A stretch of 32,000 bases of DNA from Nanopusillaceae archaeon (lineage in GTDB: Archaea; Nanobdellota; Nanobdellia; Nanobdellales; Nanobdellaceae). Below the pieces are notes generated by a model. The model saw only the letters and a list, made by a program, of their open reading frames with translations. It ran no database searches and had not been told where the DNA came from. The position numbers were made by a program, and so were the translations under genes. Positions within the stretch are counted from its first letter, which is position 1. Every line of letters begins with the position of its first letter. Shown here one piece after another: positions 1-7,932 of the stretch. The stretch is taken from NCBI GenBank assembly GCA_049974095.1, contig JBMFJD010000006.1, forward strand, positions 1-32,000. Direction: 5' to 3'.

Positions 1-32
1 TGAAAAAAGAGATAAAAAGTATACATGGGGTA

Positions 33-353
33 ATGTCTCCATTAGGTCCAATTGATTTAAAGGGGAAAAGGATAGATATAGATAAAGTTATAAAGGCATG
101 GATAGAATACCTAAAAACTATGAGAGTAGAGTATGTTTTAGCATTAGAAAAAGATGGAATAATAGCATATCTATTAGAATATTTAGGCGATGATATTGAA
201 AATCTTAAGAATATTGATATGAGGGATATAGCTATTATAGGTGGTAACGTGTATAAAGTACATAAATATTGGATAATGTACATAACTAGAGAAATGGGAT
301 TGTGGTTAGATATTCCACCAACCATTAGAGAGGAAGAGGCTTATTATAAATAA
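33..353 (+). CDS. hypothetical protein (106 aa), no recognisable domain
   Basis: ATG-initiated ORF followed directly by a T7 run (354-360). K/E/I-rich with G-ending codons like the rest of block A. Confidence 0.65.
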   Translation: MSPLGPIDLKGKRIDIDKVIKAWIEYLKTMRVEYVLALEKDGIIAYLLEYLGDDIENLKNIDMRDIAIIGGNVYKVHKYWIMYITREMGLWLDIPPTIREEEAYYK

Positions 354-425
354 TTTTTTTCGGTTTTGATGTTTTTTAAAAAACATAATTTTTTAAAAAT
401 ATGTTATATCTAAATTATTATATAA

Positions 426-471
426 CCTGCCAATAGGCAGGGATGTATACCTTTACCTAAAGGTATGAAAG
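426..471 (+). repeat. two-hairpin module: GC hairpin, AT hairpin, then GAAAG (solitary copy of the 9741-9914 repeat type)
   Basis: CCTGCC-AATA-GGCAGG (426-441), then ATACCTTT-ACCT-AAAGGTAT (447-466), then GAAAG (467-471). It is a local GC-rich island in AT-rich spacer. The architecture matches the units at 9781-9914. Confidence 0.4.
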
Positions 472-1019
472 AAAGAATTATTAAGGGGAAAGTATGTCAA
501 TTAAGTTATTTATAAATACATGTTTATTTATAAATTGTTATTTCAATATATATATTATGATAAAAATTAATTATATCATTAAACTTAATTATCATGATTT
601 TCATCATGTTAAAAAATTGAATTCTAAAAAAAGAAATTTATTAAAAAAGTTATTGTTAAGAAAATTACAAAATTATTTTAATGATAATAATAAAGTTAAG
701 TATAGAATCAATATTATAGTTTATCTAAATAACAAAAAATCATTATATATACTAATTCAAAAAAATAAAAATAAGATTGATGTTAAATATAAATATGTTT
801 TGATGAATAAGAAATATTTGAATTTTTTATTACAATATTTAAATTTTATTTTTGATAAAAATGATTTTTAGTTTTCTAATTTTTGTTAAAAATTCTTTTT
901 TTAGTTAAGATTATGTCAATAAGATTATTTATAAATTTTTATTTTTTTCAAAAACTTTTTTTTATTTTGGGGGATTGTTATATATTCATATAATATATAG
1001 ATATATGTAGGTTATTATA

Positions 1020-1045
1020 ACAAATGTTTATATGTGTTTTTTATA
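1020..1045 (+). promoter_or_regulatory. promoter cassette ACAAATGTTTATATGTGTTTTTTATA (TATA box plus conserved downstream GTGTTTT)
   Basis: The identical 26-mer recurs at 4543-4568 and 5422-5447, each 36-45 nt upstream of an ATG. TTTATAT is an archaeal TATA-like core. Confidence 0.7.
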
Positions 1046-1057
1046 ATAATTATAATA

Positions 1058-1867
1058 ATGGTTTTGATGGTGGGGAAAGTAAAACATGAAAAGTTAAATG
1101 AATTAGAAAAGGAAAAATGGGAGGAATTAAACATAAAGTCATTAATAGATTATATAGAGTTAGTGTATAAAGTAAGTAGTGATGAGAGTGAGAAAATAAG
1201 AAAAGTGTTAAAAGATTTAGTGAATTTAGTAAATTTAGAAATTGAAAAAGAAAAAGATGAATTAATGAAAAAAGTAAATATAGAAAAACCTTTAAACATA
1301 AGCATTAAGGACATTGAGAGAGTTAAGAGAGAGATAGAGAGATTAAAGAGAGATTATAATTATAAATATAATGAAATAGAAAAAATAAGAGTTAATGATT
1401 TAGAATTATATATTAATTATGAAATATATAGTAAATTTAAAGATAAGATTAAAAATAATGCATTTTGGGATGAGGATAAAAAAGCATGGATTTTTAAAGA
1501 TGAAAATAAGTTAAAAGAAATTTGGGAGGAAATAAAGAAAATAAAAGATGAAAAAATGAAAGAATTGGAAAAAATTAAGAATGAGATAGATAAAAAAGAA
1601 AATGAATTAAATAAAATATATGATGATATAAAAAGTAGAATGTACATAAAAATTAAAGAAAGTAATTTAATAGATATGAGTAATGGACATTATAAGTTTA
1701 TAATATATAGAGTTTATAGTAAGTTTAAAGAGGATCTATTATTATTAATAGATCATATTAATAATTCATTAATGAAAAAAGCATATGATCTTAAAAGCTT
1801 TATAGTTTATGATGAGAGTATGGGAGTTTATTATATAGATTATATTGATTTTGTAATATATAGATAA
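1058..1867 (+). CDS. coiled-coil-rich hypothetical protein (cassette 0; divergent relative of the paralog array)
   Basis: The ORF-track start at 1034 is a GTG inside the TATA box. The first ATGs are at 1058 and 1067, within the GTTTTGATG motif. Long K/E heptad-like stretches are followed by a beta-rich C-terminus. Confidence 0.75.
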   Translation: MVLMVGKVKHEKLNELEKEKWEELNIKSLIDYIELVYKVSSDESEKIRKVLKDLVNLVNLEIEKEKDELMKKVNIEKPLNISIKDIERVKREIERLKRDYNYKYNEIEKIRVNDLELYINYEIYSKFKDKIKNNAFWDEDKKAWIFKDENKLKEIWEEIKKIKDEKMKELEKIKNEIDKKENELNKIYDDIKSRMYIKIKESNLIDMSNGHYKFIIYRVYSKFKEDLLLLIDHINNSLMKKAYDLKSFIVYDESMGVYYIDYIDFVIYR

Positions 1868-1952
1868 TTTTTTAAATATTTTTTTGATAAACATGTTTTT
1901 CATAAAAAAGGTTTATAAGATTTTTTTATAATATATGACGTATAGGGTTTTG

Positions 1953-2807
1953 ATGGGTAGGAAAGATAAAATAATGGGAGAGATAAAACTTTTTTTAGAT
2001 AAACTAAGGAAAAAAGGGCTAGAGATAAATATGAAAGAAAATAAAAGCAGTATTTTGTTAGTAATAAACTATATAAACTTTGAAAAGCAAAGGGAAATAT
2101 TAGAGAAAGTAATCGAAGAGAATAAGATAAAGAAAAGGCATTTAAAATATATTAGTAATCTATTAAATGAGTATATTAAGATAAATATTTATTTTACATA
2201 TATAGAAAAAAAGCTAAATAGATTGATAGAATTAAGAAATACATTAAGAGATTTATATAATGAATATGATGAGAGTAAATATTTAGAGAAATTGAGGAAA
2301 GAAATTTATGATAAATTTAATAAATTATTAGAGGATTTAGCATATGCGATTAGAAATGAAATGGAGGAAAAAAGAGTTTTAAGGAAATATTTAAAGTATT
2401 TGAATAAGGAAATTGATTATGATGAGGAAATAAAAAATGTTGAAAATGCATTAAATGATTATCGTGTTAGAAAAAAGCTTTATAGTTTTATGAATTTGTT
2501 AAAGAAAAAAGTAAGAAAAATTGTAAATGATGATAATGTTAGATTGTTTAAAATTCAAAATGGTATAGTTTTAGTAATGGTTTATGAAAGTAAAAATTTT
2601 AATCAAGGATGGAATTATTATAGAAACAAGTTTTATTTAGTAGATTTGAGAAATAAAAAGTATATCGATATTACTAATATGTTAAAAGAAAAGTATTATG
2701 ATAAGTACAATGTTGATATAACAAAACAAATATTAGATAGATATGGGGTATATACGGATATAGTAGAAAGCTTATATAATATTGATATATTGAATTTTTT
2801 AAATTAG
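1953..2807 (+). CDS. tandem paralog 1 of an unknown ~280-aa family (N-terminal MGxKDK..EI..L..LRKKGL, central coiled coil, C-terminal NKFYLVDLRNK motif)
   Basis: Start chosen at the ATG in GGGTTTTGATGGG by analogy with paralogs 3 and 4 (alternative ATG at 1935). Stop is followed by TAGTTTTTT. Clear alignment to 2823-3638, 3697-4536 and 4579-5415. Confidence 0.8.
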   Translation: MGRKDKIMGEIKLFLDKLRKKGLEINMKENKSSILLVINYINFEKQREILEKVIEENKIKKRHLKYISNLLNEYIKINIYFTYIEKKLNRLIELRNTLRDLYNEYDESKYLEKLRKEIYDKFNKLLEDLAYAIRNEMEEKRVLRKYLKYLNKEIDYDEEIKNVENALNDYRVRKKLYSFMNLLKKKVRKIVNDDNVRLFKIQNGIVLVMVYESKNFNQGWNYYRNKFYLVDLRNKKYIDITNMLKEKYYDKYNVDITKQILDRYGVYTDIVESLYNIDILNFLN

Positions 2808-2822
2808 TTTTTTATTGTTTTG

Positions 2823-3638
2823 ATGTGTGAAAAGAATAATTTATTATGGGAAATTAGGATTTTGTTAGAAAAATTAGTTAAAGATAAAGGGTTATATGTT
2901 TATGAAAATGAGGGGAAATTTGAGTTTGAGATTGGGATATATTATACTAATGTTAAAAAACAAAAAGAAATGGTAGAGGAATTATTAAGAAAATATAATA
3001 TTGATGAAAAATATTATAGGTTTTTTGATGATTTGTTAAATAAAAGTTTTAAGATTGAAATTTTTAGTGATATAGTAAGTAAAAGAATAGATGAATTAAA
3101 AAGATTAAGGGATAAGTTAAAAGAAATATATGAGAATTTTAGGGAGGATGATTATTTAAAGAAATTTGAGGATAGGATAAATGAGGAATTTAAACATGAT
3201 TTGGATCATTTAAATAATTATTTAAAGAAAGAAAAATTATATTTGGATTATTTAAATGGGAAAATTGATTATAATGATGATATAAAGAAATTTGAGGATG
3301 ATTTAATTTTTAATGATGAATTAAAATATAAATCATGGATTTATGGGAAAATAAAGAGATATATTAAGAAATCATTAAAAAGTAGAAAATTTAAAATTAT
3401 ATGGATTAAAAGAGGGTTTGTTTTAGTAATATTATATAAAGATATAGGATATTTTAGTAATGGCAAGCAAGTATATTTTAATAATAAGTTTTATCTAATT
3501 GATTTAAGAAATAAGAAAGTGTTTGATGTTAGCAAAAAAATAGGTAAAGATTTGAGACATTTATATATTAATGAATTTAGGGATGATGATATGTTTTATA
3601 TGTATAATAATGTAGATGTTAGTGATTTGCTAATTTAG
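2823..3638 (+). CDS. tandem paralog 2 of the same family
   Basis: ATG lies within GTTTTGATG (2817-2825), only 15 nt after the paralog 1 stop, with no separate promoter seen. Shared motifs include YYTN..KQ, LDYLNGKIDY and NNKFYLIDLRNKKVFDVSKKI. Confidence 0.8.
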   Translation: MCEKNNLLWEIRILLEKLVKDKGLYVYENEGKFEFEIGIYYTNVKKQKEMVEELLRKYNIDEKYYRFFDDLLNKSFKIEIFSDIVSKRIDELKRLRDKLKEIYENFREDDYLKKFEDRINEEFKHDLDHLNNYLKKEKLYLDYLNGKIDYNDDIKKFEDDLIFNDELKYKSWIYGKIKRYIKKSLKSRKFKIIWIKRGFVLVILYKDIGYFSNGKQVYFNNKFYLIDLRNKKVFDVSKKIGKDLRHLYINEFRDDDMFYMYNNVDVSDLLI

Positions 3639-3696
3639 TTTTTTGGTTTTGATGATTTTCAATAAACATTTATAAGGTTTTAATATAATAATATAT

Positions 3697-4536
3697 ATGG
3701 TTTTGATGGGAAAAAAGGATAAAGTATTATTTGAAATAAAGGAATTATTAGAAAAGTTAAGAAAGGATAAGGGGTTATATATTATTGAAAGCGATGGGAA
3801 AGTAATATATTCATTATATATATATTATACAAATATAGAGTATCAAAGGAAATATGTTAATGATTTATTGAAAAAGCATAATATTAGTAAAAGATATTAT
3901 GGATTCTTTAGATATTTGTTAAGTGATTATGTTAGAGTACGTGTTTATGAGGCATATATAAGTAAAAAAGTTAAAACATTGGAAAAGGTTAGGGATGATT
4001 TAAAAAGGATATATGATAACTTTGATGAAAAAGTATATTTAGATAAGTTAGAAAAAGAGATAAATAATATTTTTGAAAATGATTTATGGCTTATGAATAA
4101 ATATATAGATGATATGAATAAATTAAGAGAGTTGGAAGATTATTATTTAAAATTTTTAGATAAGAAAGGGGATTATGATTTTGTTGTTAGGCAATTTGAA
4201 AATGAAATAATAAATGGTTATATTACTAAATATAAGTATAGAATAACTAAGATAATAAAGGATAGGATCAAGAAAATTATTAATGATAATAATTTTTCTT
4301 TGATTTGGATTAAAAATGGATTTGCTTTAATAGTAAATTATCGCGATAAATATTTTGAAAATGGGGAATGGGTTTATATAGATAATGCATTTTATTTAAT
4401 TGATTTGAGGAATAAAGGGGTGTTTGATGTTAGTAAAAAGATAGATGAATTTGTTGAAAAGACGGCAACAAAGGAAATAAGTAGTTATAATTTTAATATG
4501 CTAAAAAGGTTAAAATTAGAGGATTTGTTAATATAG
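3697..4536 (+). CDS. tandem paralog 3 of the same family
   Basis: TATA-like AACATTTATAAGG at 3665-3677. ATG at 3697 (alternative 3706, in GGTTTTGATGGG). Motifs include IYYTNIEYQRK, WIKNGFALIV and FYLIDLRNKGVFDVSKKI. Confidence 0.8.
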   Translation: MVLMGKKDKVLFEIKELLEKLRKDKGLYIIESDGKVIYSLYIYYTNIEYQRKYVNDLLKKHNISKRYYGFFRYLLSDYVRVRVYEAYISKKVKTLEKVRDDLKRIYDNFDEKVYLDKLEKEINNIFENDLWLMNKYIDDMNKLRELEDYYLKFLDKKGDYDFVVRQFENEIINGYITKYKYRITKIIKDRIKKIINDNNFSLIWIKNGFALIVNYRDKYFENGEWVYIDNAFYLIDLRNKGVFDVSKKIDEFVEKTATKEISSYNFNMLKRLKLEDLLI

Positions 4537-4542
4537 TTTTTT

Positions 4543-4568
4543 ACAAATGTTTATATGTGTTTTTTATA
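4543..4568 (+). promoter_or_regulatory. promoter cassette, identical 26-mer to 1020-1045
   Basis: Exact repeat ACAAATGTTTATATGTGTTTTTTATA, lying 36 nt upstream of the ATG at 4579. Confidence 0.7.
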
Positions 4569-4578
4569 TATAGTTTTG

Positions 4579-5415
4579 ATGGGATGGAAAGATAAAATGA
4601 TGGGAGAGATAAGGCTTTATGTAGAAATGTTAAGGAAAAAAGGGTTAGCGGTTGAATATGAGGAATATTGGAAAAAGATAAAGTTAAGGGTATATTATAC
4701 AAATTTAGGGTATCAAAGGAAAATTATAGATGAATTAATGAAAAAGCATAATATACCAAAGAGTTATATAGATAAGATATATTATTTAGAAAAATATTAT
4801 TATGAGTATATAAAGTTAAGATATTTAAAGGTTGATTATTGGATAAATAAGAGAAATTTAAAGGATTTATTAGAGAAATTAAAGAGTATATATAATAATT
4901 ATAATGAGGAAGAAAATTTAAAGTATATAAAAAATGTTATTGATAGTAATGTTAAGTTAATTTTAGATGAGGTAGAGGATTTAAGGAAAAAAGAGAAAGA
5001 AAAAAGAAAGAAATTAAAATTATATTTGGATTATTTAAATGGGAAAATTGATTATAGTAAGGAAATAAAGGACATTGAGGGATGGTTAAGTGATACAAAA
5101 TTAAAATATAGTAAAAAAGTAAGGGAATTTATTAAAGGTAAAATAGAGGGGTTATTAAACAATAAAAATATTAAGATTTTCAAAATTGAGAATGGTATTG
5201 CTTTAGTAATGACTTATGAGGATAAATATTTTAAGGGAGGGTGGAATTATGAAAATAATAAGTTTTATTTGGTAGATATAAGGAATGGAAATTATAAAGA
5301 TATTAGTAATATAATAACTAAAAAAGTAGATACTGAAAACAATATTTTAGAGTTATTAGGACCTGATGAAATTTATAGGCTTGAGAATATAAATATTATA
5401 GAATTGTTAGTTTAG
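4579..5415 (+). CDS. tandem paralog 4 of the same family
   Basis: The ORF-track start at 4555 lies in the TATA box. ATG at 4579 gives MGWKDKMMGEIRLY, matching the paralog 1 N-terminus. Shared motifs include LDYLNGKIDY and NNKFYLVDIRN. Confidence 0.8.
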   Translation: MGWKDKMMGEIRLYVEMLRKKGLAVEYEEYWKKIKLRVYYTNLGYQRKIIDELMKKHNIPKSYIDKIYYLEKYYYEYIKLRYLKVDYWINKRNLKDLLEKLKSIYNNYNEEENLKYIKNVIDSNVKLILDEVEDLRKKEKEKRKKLKLYLDYLNGKIDYSKEIKDIEGWLSDTKLKYSKKVREFIKGKIEGLLNNKNIKIFKIENGIALVMTYEDKYFKGGWNYENNKFYLVDIRNGNYKDISNIITKKVDTENNILELLGPDEIYRLENINIIELLV

Positions 5416-5421
5416 TTTTTT

Positions 5422-5447
5422 ACAAATGTTTATATGTGTTTTTTATA
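5422..5447 (+). promoter_or_regulatory. promoter cassette, identical 26-mer to 1020-1045
   Basis: Exact repeat, 45 nt upstream of the ATG at 5467. Confidence 0.7.
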
Positions 5448-5466
5448 ATATATAATATAGGTTTTG

Positions 5467-6591
5467 ATGACAGAAAAACAAAGTACTTTGTTAAAAGTAT
5501 TTGAGAGAGCTAGAAAGGAAAGGATAGCAATAGGATTATTTGGGAGTTATGGGATAGGAAAGAGTAGCTTAGTGTATCAATATGCATTAATGAAAAGTAG
5601 GGAGACTGGTAGGGAATTAAAAATATGGCATGAATTGACGGAAAAAGAGAAAAAAGAGATATTAGAAAATCCTGAAAAGTACTTTATAGTAGTAGATATA
5701 AAGGGTAGTTTAATATCATTGGATAATTTAGTGATACCAATACCTGGGGAAAATGGGATAAGATGGGAAATACCTTTATGGATGAAAGTATTTGAAAATG
5801 ATAAAAGTATGGGGATATTGTTTATTGATGAGATTAATATGACATTGCCATCATTACAAAGTCTATTATTTGAGTTAGTATTTCAAAGAAAGTTAGGGGA
5901 AAGTACAATAAAGGGAGATGTATTAATTATAACTGCAGGTAATGATTTGGAAAGTAATAATGTAGCTAAAGAATTACCACAACCGCTTGTTAATAGAATG
6001 ATATTTATTAATGCAAATGAAATATTTGATATTGAGGCATGGTTAGAATATGCAAAAAATAACAAAATAGATAATAGGGTAATCGGATGGGTATTGTTTA
6101 ATAATAGAAATATTAATTATTCTGGTGATGTTATGAAACAATCAACAACACCTAGATCTTTGGAAATGTTAAGTAAGATGATTAATGGGGAAAGGGACAT
6201 AAATTATATAAGGATGGTAGCATATGGATTATTAGAACAAAATGATGCATTACAATTTACTACATTCGTAGAATTATATGAAAAGTTTAGTGATATAGAT
6301 AAGTATATTGATAATATTGAATTATTAAAGGAATTAAAAGAGGATGAGAGGATTATTATTATGATGAAAATAACGGAAAGGTATATTAGTGATAAGTTAA
6401 GTTTAGAGAAATATTATAATGTATTGGATAGGTTAAGTGATATAAGTAAAATGTTAGTGGTATTTGCATTAAGGTATTTGAAATATCAAAATGTTGATAG
6501 GTTTAGGATATTGTTAGATAAGGTAATAAAGGAAAATAGTAAGGTTTATAATTTGTTAGGGCAAATGTTAGAATTTGAAAATAAATTATGA
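5467..6591 (+). CDS. MoxR-like AAA+ ATPase (AAA_5-like)
   Basis: Walker A GSYGIGKS, Walker B ILFIDEINM, sensor-1-like IITAGN. Size is ~375 aa. Its stop overlaps the ATG of the VWA gene (ATGA at 6588-6591), the classic MoxR-VWA pairing. Confidence 0.8.
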   Translation: MTEKQSTLLKVFERARKERIAIGLFGSYGIGKSSLVYQYALMKSRETGRELKIWHELTEKEKKEILENPEKYFIVVDIKGSLISLDNLVIPIPGENGIRWEIPLWMKVFENDKSMGILFIDEINMTLPSLQSLLFELVFQRKLGESTIKGDVLIITAGNDLESNNVAKELPQPLVNRMIFINANEIFDIEAWLEYAKNNKIDNRVIGWVLFNNRNINYSGDVMKQSTTPRSLEMLSKMINGERDINYIRMVAYGLLEQNDALQFTTFVELYEKFSDIDKYIDNIELLKELKEDERIIIMMKITERYISDKLSLEKYYNVLDRLSDISKMLVVFALRYLKYQNVDRFRILLDKVIKENSKVYNLLGQMLEFENKL

Positions 6592-7916
6592 TGGATGAGG
6601 AATTATTAAAGTTAGTAATTGCTAAAAATTTTCCATTATTTGCACCAATATTAAGTAAGATAAGGATAAAGGAAGATAAGAGTTTACAATATCCTGCAGG
6701 GTTGAATTATAGAGAAAGAACAATATATATTAATCCTGATCAATTTGATGAATGTAATAGTAAAGAAAAGATGTTTATAATAGCACATGAGATAATGCAT
6801 TATCTATTAGTACATGATCCTAAAGCATTGAGGGATAAAAATTTATTGTTAGTATTTAATTTAGTTAGGGATGCACAAATCAATCATATATTATATAAAC
6901 AAATGAACTATATGGCAGAGGGGGTTATAACATTAGATATATTAGAAAGTATGAGTGATAAGGTAAGGGAATACTTTGATGGGGATGTTGAAAAATTCCT
7001 TAATGAGGATGAGTATTTTATTGTTAAGTTAATGTTAGAGGATGAGAAAGTTAAGGGGATGATCAATAAGATGATTGATGTATTAGAAAGCGGGGATGAT
7101 CTTGATGAAATTAGTAAGAAAATTAAGGATATATTAAGAGAGAATGGGGTTAATGTGGATTTAGATGAGATTAGTAGGGATATAGTAAAAGAATATAATG
7201 AAAGTAAGGAATTGGGGGAAATGAGTGATGAGGAAATAAGGAAAATTGTTAATGAGGGTATGGAAATGTTAGAGAAAGGTAGGTTATTAAGTAAAATGTT
7301 TAATCCTGAAAGTAAGGAATTAGATATAAAGTTAAGGAAAAAAAGGATTAAATGGAAAGAGGCATTAAGGCAGGTAATGAGTGAGATAGGGGCATTGGCT
7401 ACGGATTATGATTTAACAAAATTGGATAAGAAAGCATGGGTATTAAAGACATATGTACCTGGTGTTATAAAGGAAAATGAAAGTATTAATGTAATAATTG
7501 GTATAGATGTAAGTGGTAGTATTAGTGATTATGAATATATGGAATTTATTAATGAGGTATATAATTTAATGAGTGATGTAAAGGTAAATGGGAAAATAGT
7601 ATTATGGGATGATAAGGTTGAGAGAGTGGTTAAGGTGGATAATGGATGGAATAATGAAATATTGAGAGAATTAAAGAATAGAGTAGGTTATGGGGGTACA
7701 ATAATAAAGGAATTCTTTAATAAGGCTAATGAGTTAGTAAGGAATAAGAGAAATAGTTATTTGATAATATTGACTGATGGGGAACATGAAAAGGTAGATA
7801 GAGAATGGGTTAAGGATTATAAGAAAGTGGTATTTGTTATAAGTAAGAATGGAAAGGTTGAGAATCTGATGGGTATAAAGGATATGAAAAATGTATATAT
7901 TACTTTTTTAGAATAA
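6588..7916 (+). CDS. VWA-domain protein with N-terminal HExxH putative metallopeptidase domain (DUF2201-like architecture)
   Basis: HEIMH in IIAHEIMHYLLVHD. MIDAS-like GIDVSGS followed by LTDGE in the C-terminal half. Translationally coupled to the upstream MoxR gene. Confidence 0.75.
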   Translation: MMDEELLKLVIAKNFPLFAPILSKIRIKEDKSLQYPAGLNYRERTIYINPDQFDECNSKEKMFIIAHEIMHYLLVHDPKALRDKNLLLVFNLVRDAQINHILYKQMNYMAEGVITLDILESMSDKVREYFDGDVEKFLNEDEYFIVKLMLEDEKVKGMINKMIDVLESGDDLDEISKKIKDILRENGVNVDLDEISRDIVKEYNESKELGEMSDEEIRKIVNEGMEMLEKGRLLSKMFNPESKELDIKLRKKRIKWKEALRQVMSEIGALATDYDLTKLDKKAWVLKTYVPGVIKENESINVIIGIDVSGSISDYEYMEFINEVYNLMSDVKVNGKIVLWDDKVERVVKVDNGWNNEILRELKNRVGYGGTIIKEFFNKANELVRNKRNSYLIILTDGEHEKVDREWVKDYKKVVFVISKNGKVENLMGIKDMKNVYITFLE

Positions 7917-7932
7917 TTTTTTTAAAAAAATT
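7915..7932. terminator. bidirectional oligo-T terminator / perfect palindrome AATTTTTTTAAAAAAATT
   Basis: It sits between convergent stops (7914-7916 plus strand, 7931-7933 minus strand) and gives a T7 run on each strand directly after each stop. Confidence 0.6.

Noticed and set aside
494-871. 125-aa plus-strand ORF from the track
   Set aside because: The product is an extreme low-complexity run of N/K/I/L/Y/F generated by ~85-90% A/T DNA. There is no promoter cassette or coupled neighbour, and it lies in the spacer bracketed by direct repeats. I treat it as non-coding, or at most a decayed remnant.
969-980. 12-nt direct repeat GGGGGATTGTTA (969-980 and 9828-9839) as attL/attR of an integrated ~8.9-kb element
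   Set aside because: Only 12 nt match. No integrase or tRNA target is in view. The compositionally distinct block also extends left of 969 (gene 33-353). It is worth a k-mer significance test but is not enough to claim an insertion.
1034-1057. N-terminal extensions implied by ORF-track starts at 1034, 2820, 4555, 5464, 13458, 19762 and 31357
   Set aside because: These starts are GTG/TTG codons, or ATGs lying inside the TATA/promoter cassette itself. Paralog alignment and the TATA-to-ATG spacing support the downstream ATGs used in the feature table.
797-3660. C/D-box sRNAs suggested by TGATGA in the GTTTTGATGA copies (801-806, 3649-3654, 5465-5470)
   Set aside because: No CTGA D or D' boxes occur at the required 12-nt guide spacing, and there is no terminal stem. 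Most copies are demonstrably start-codon contexts.
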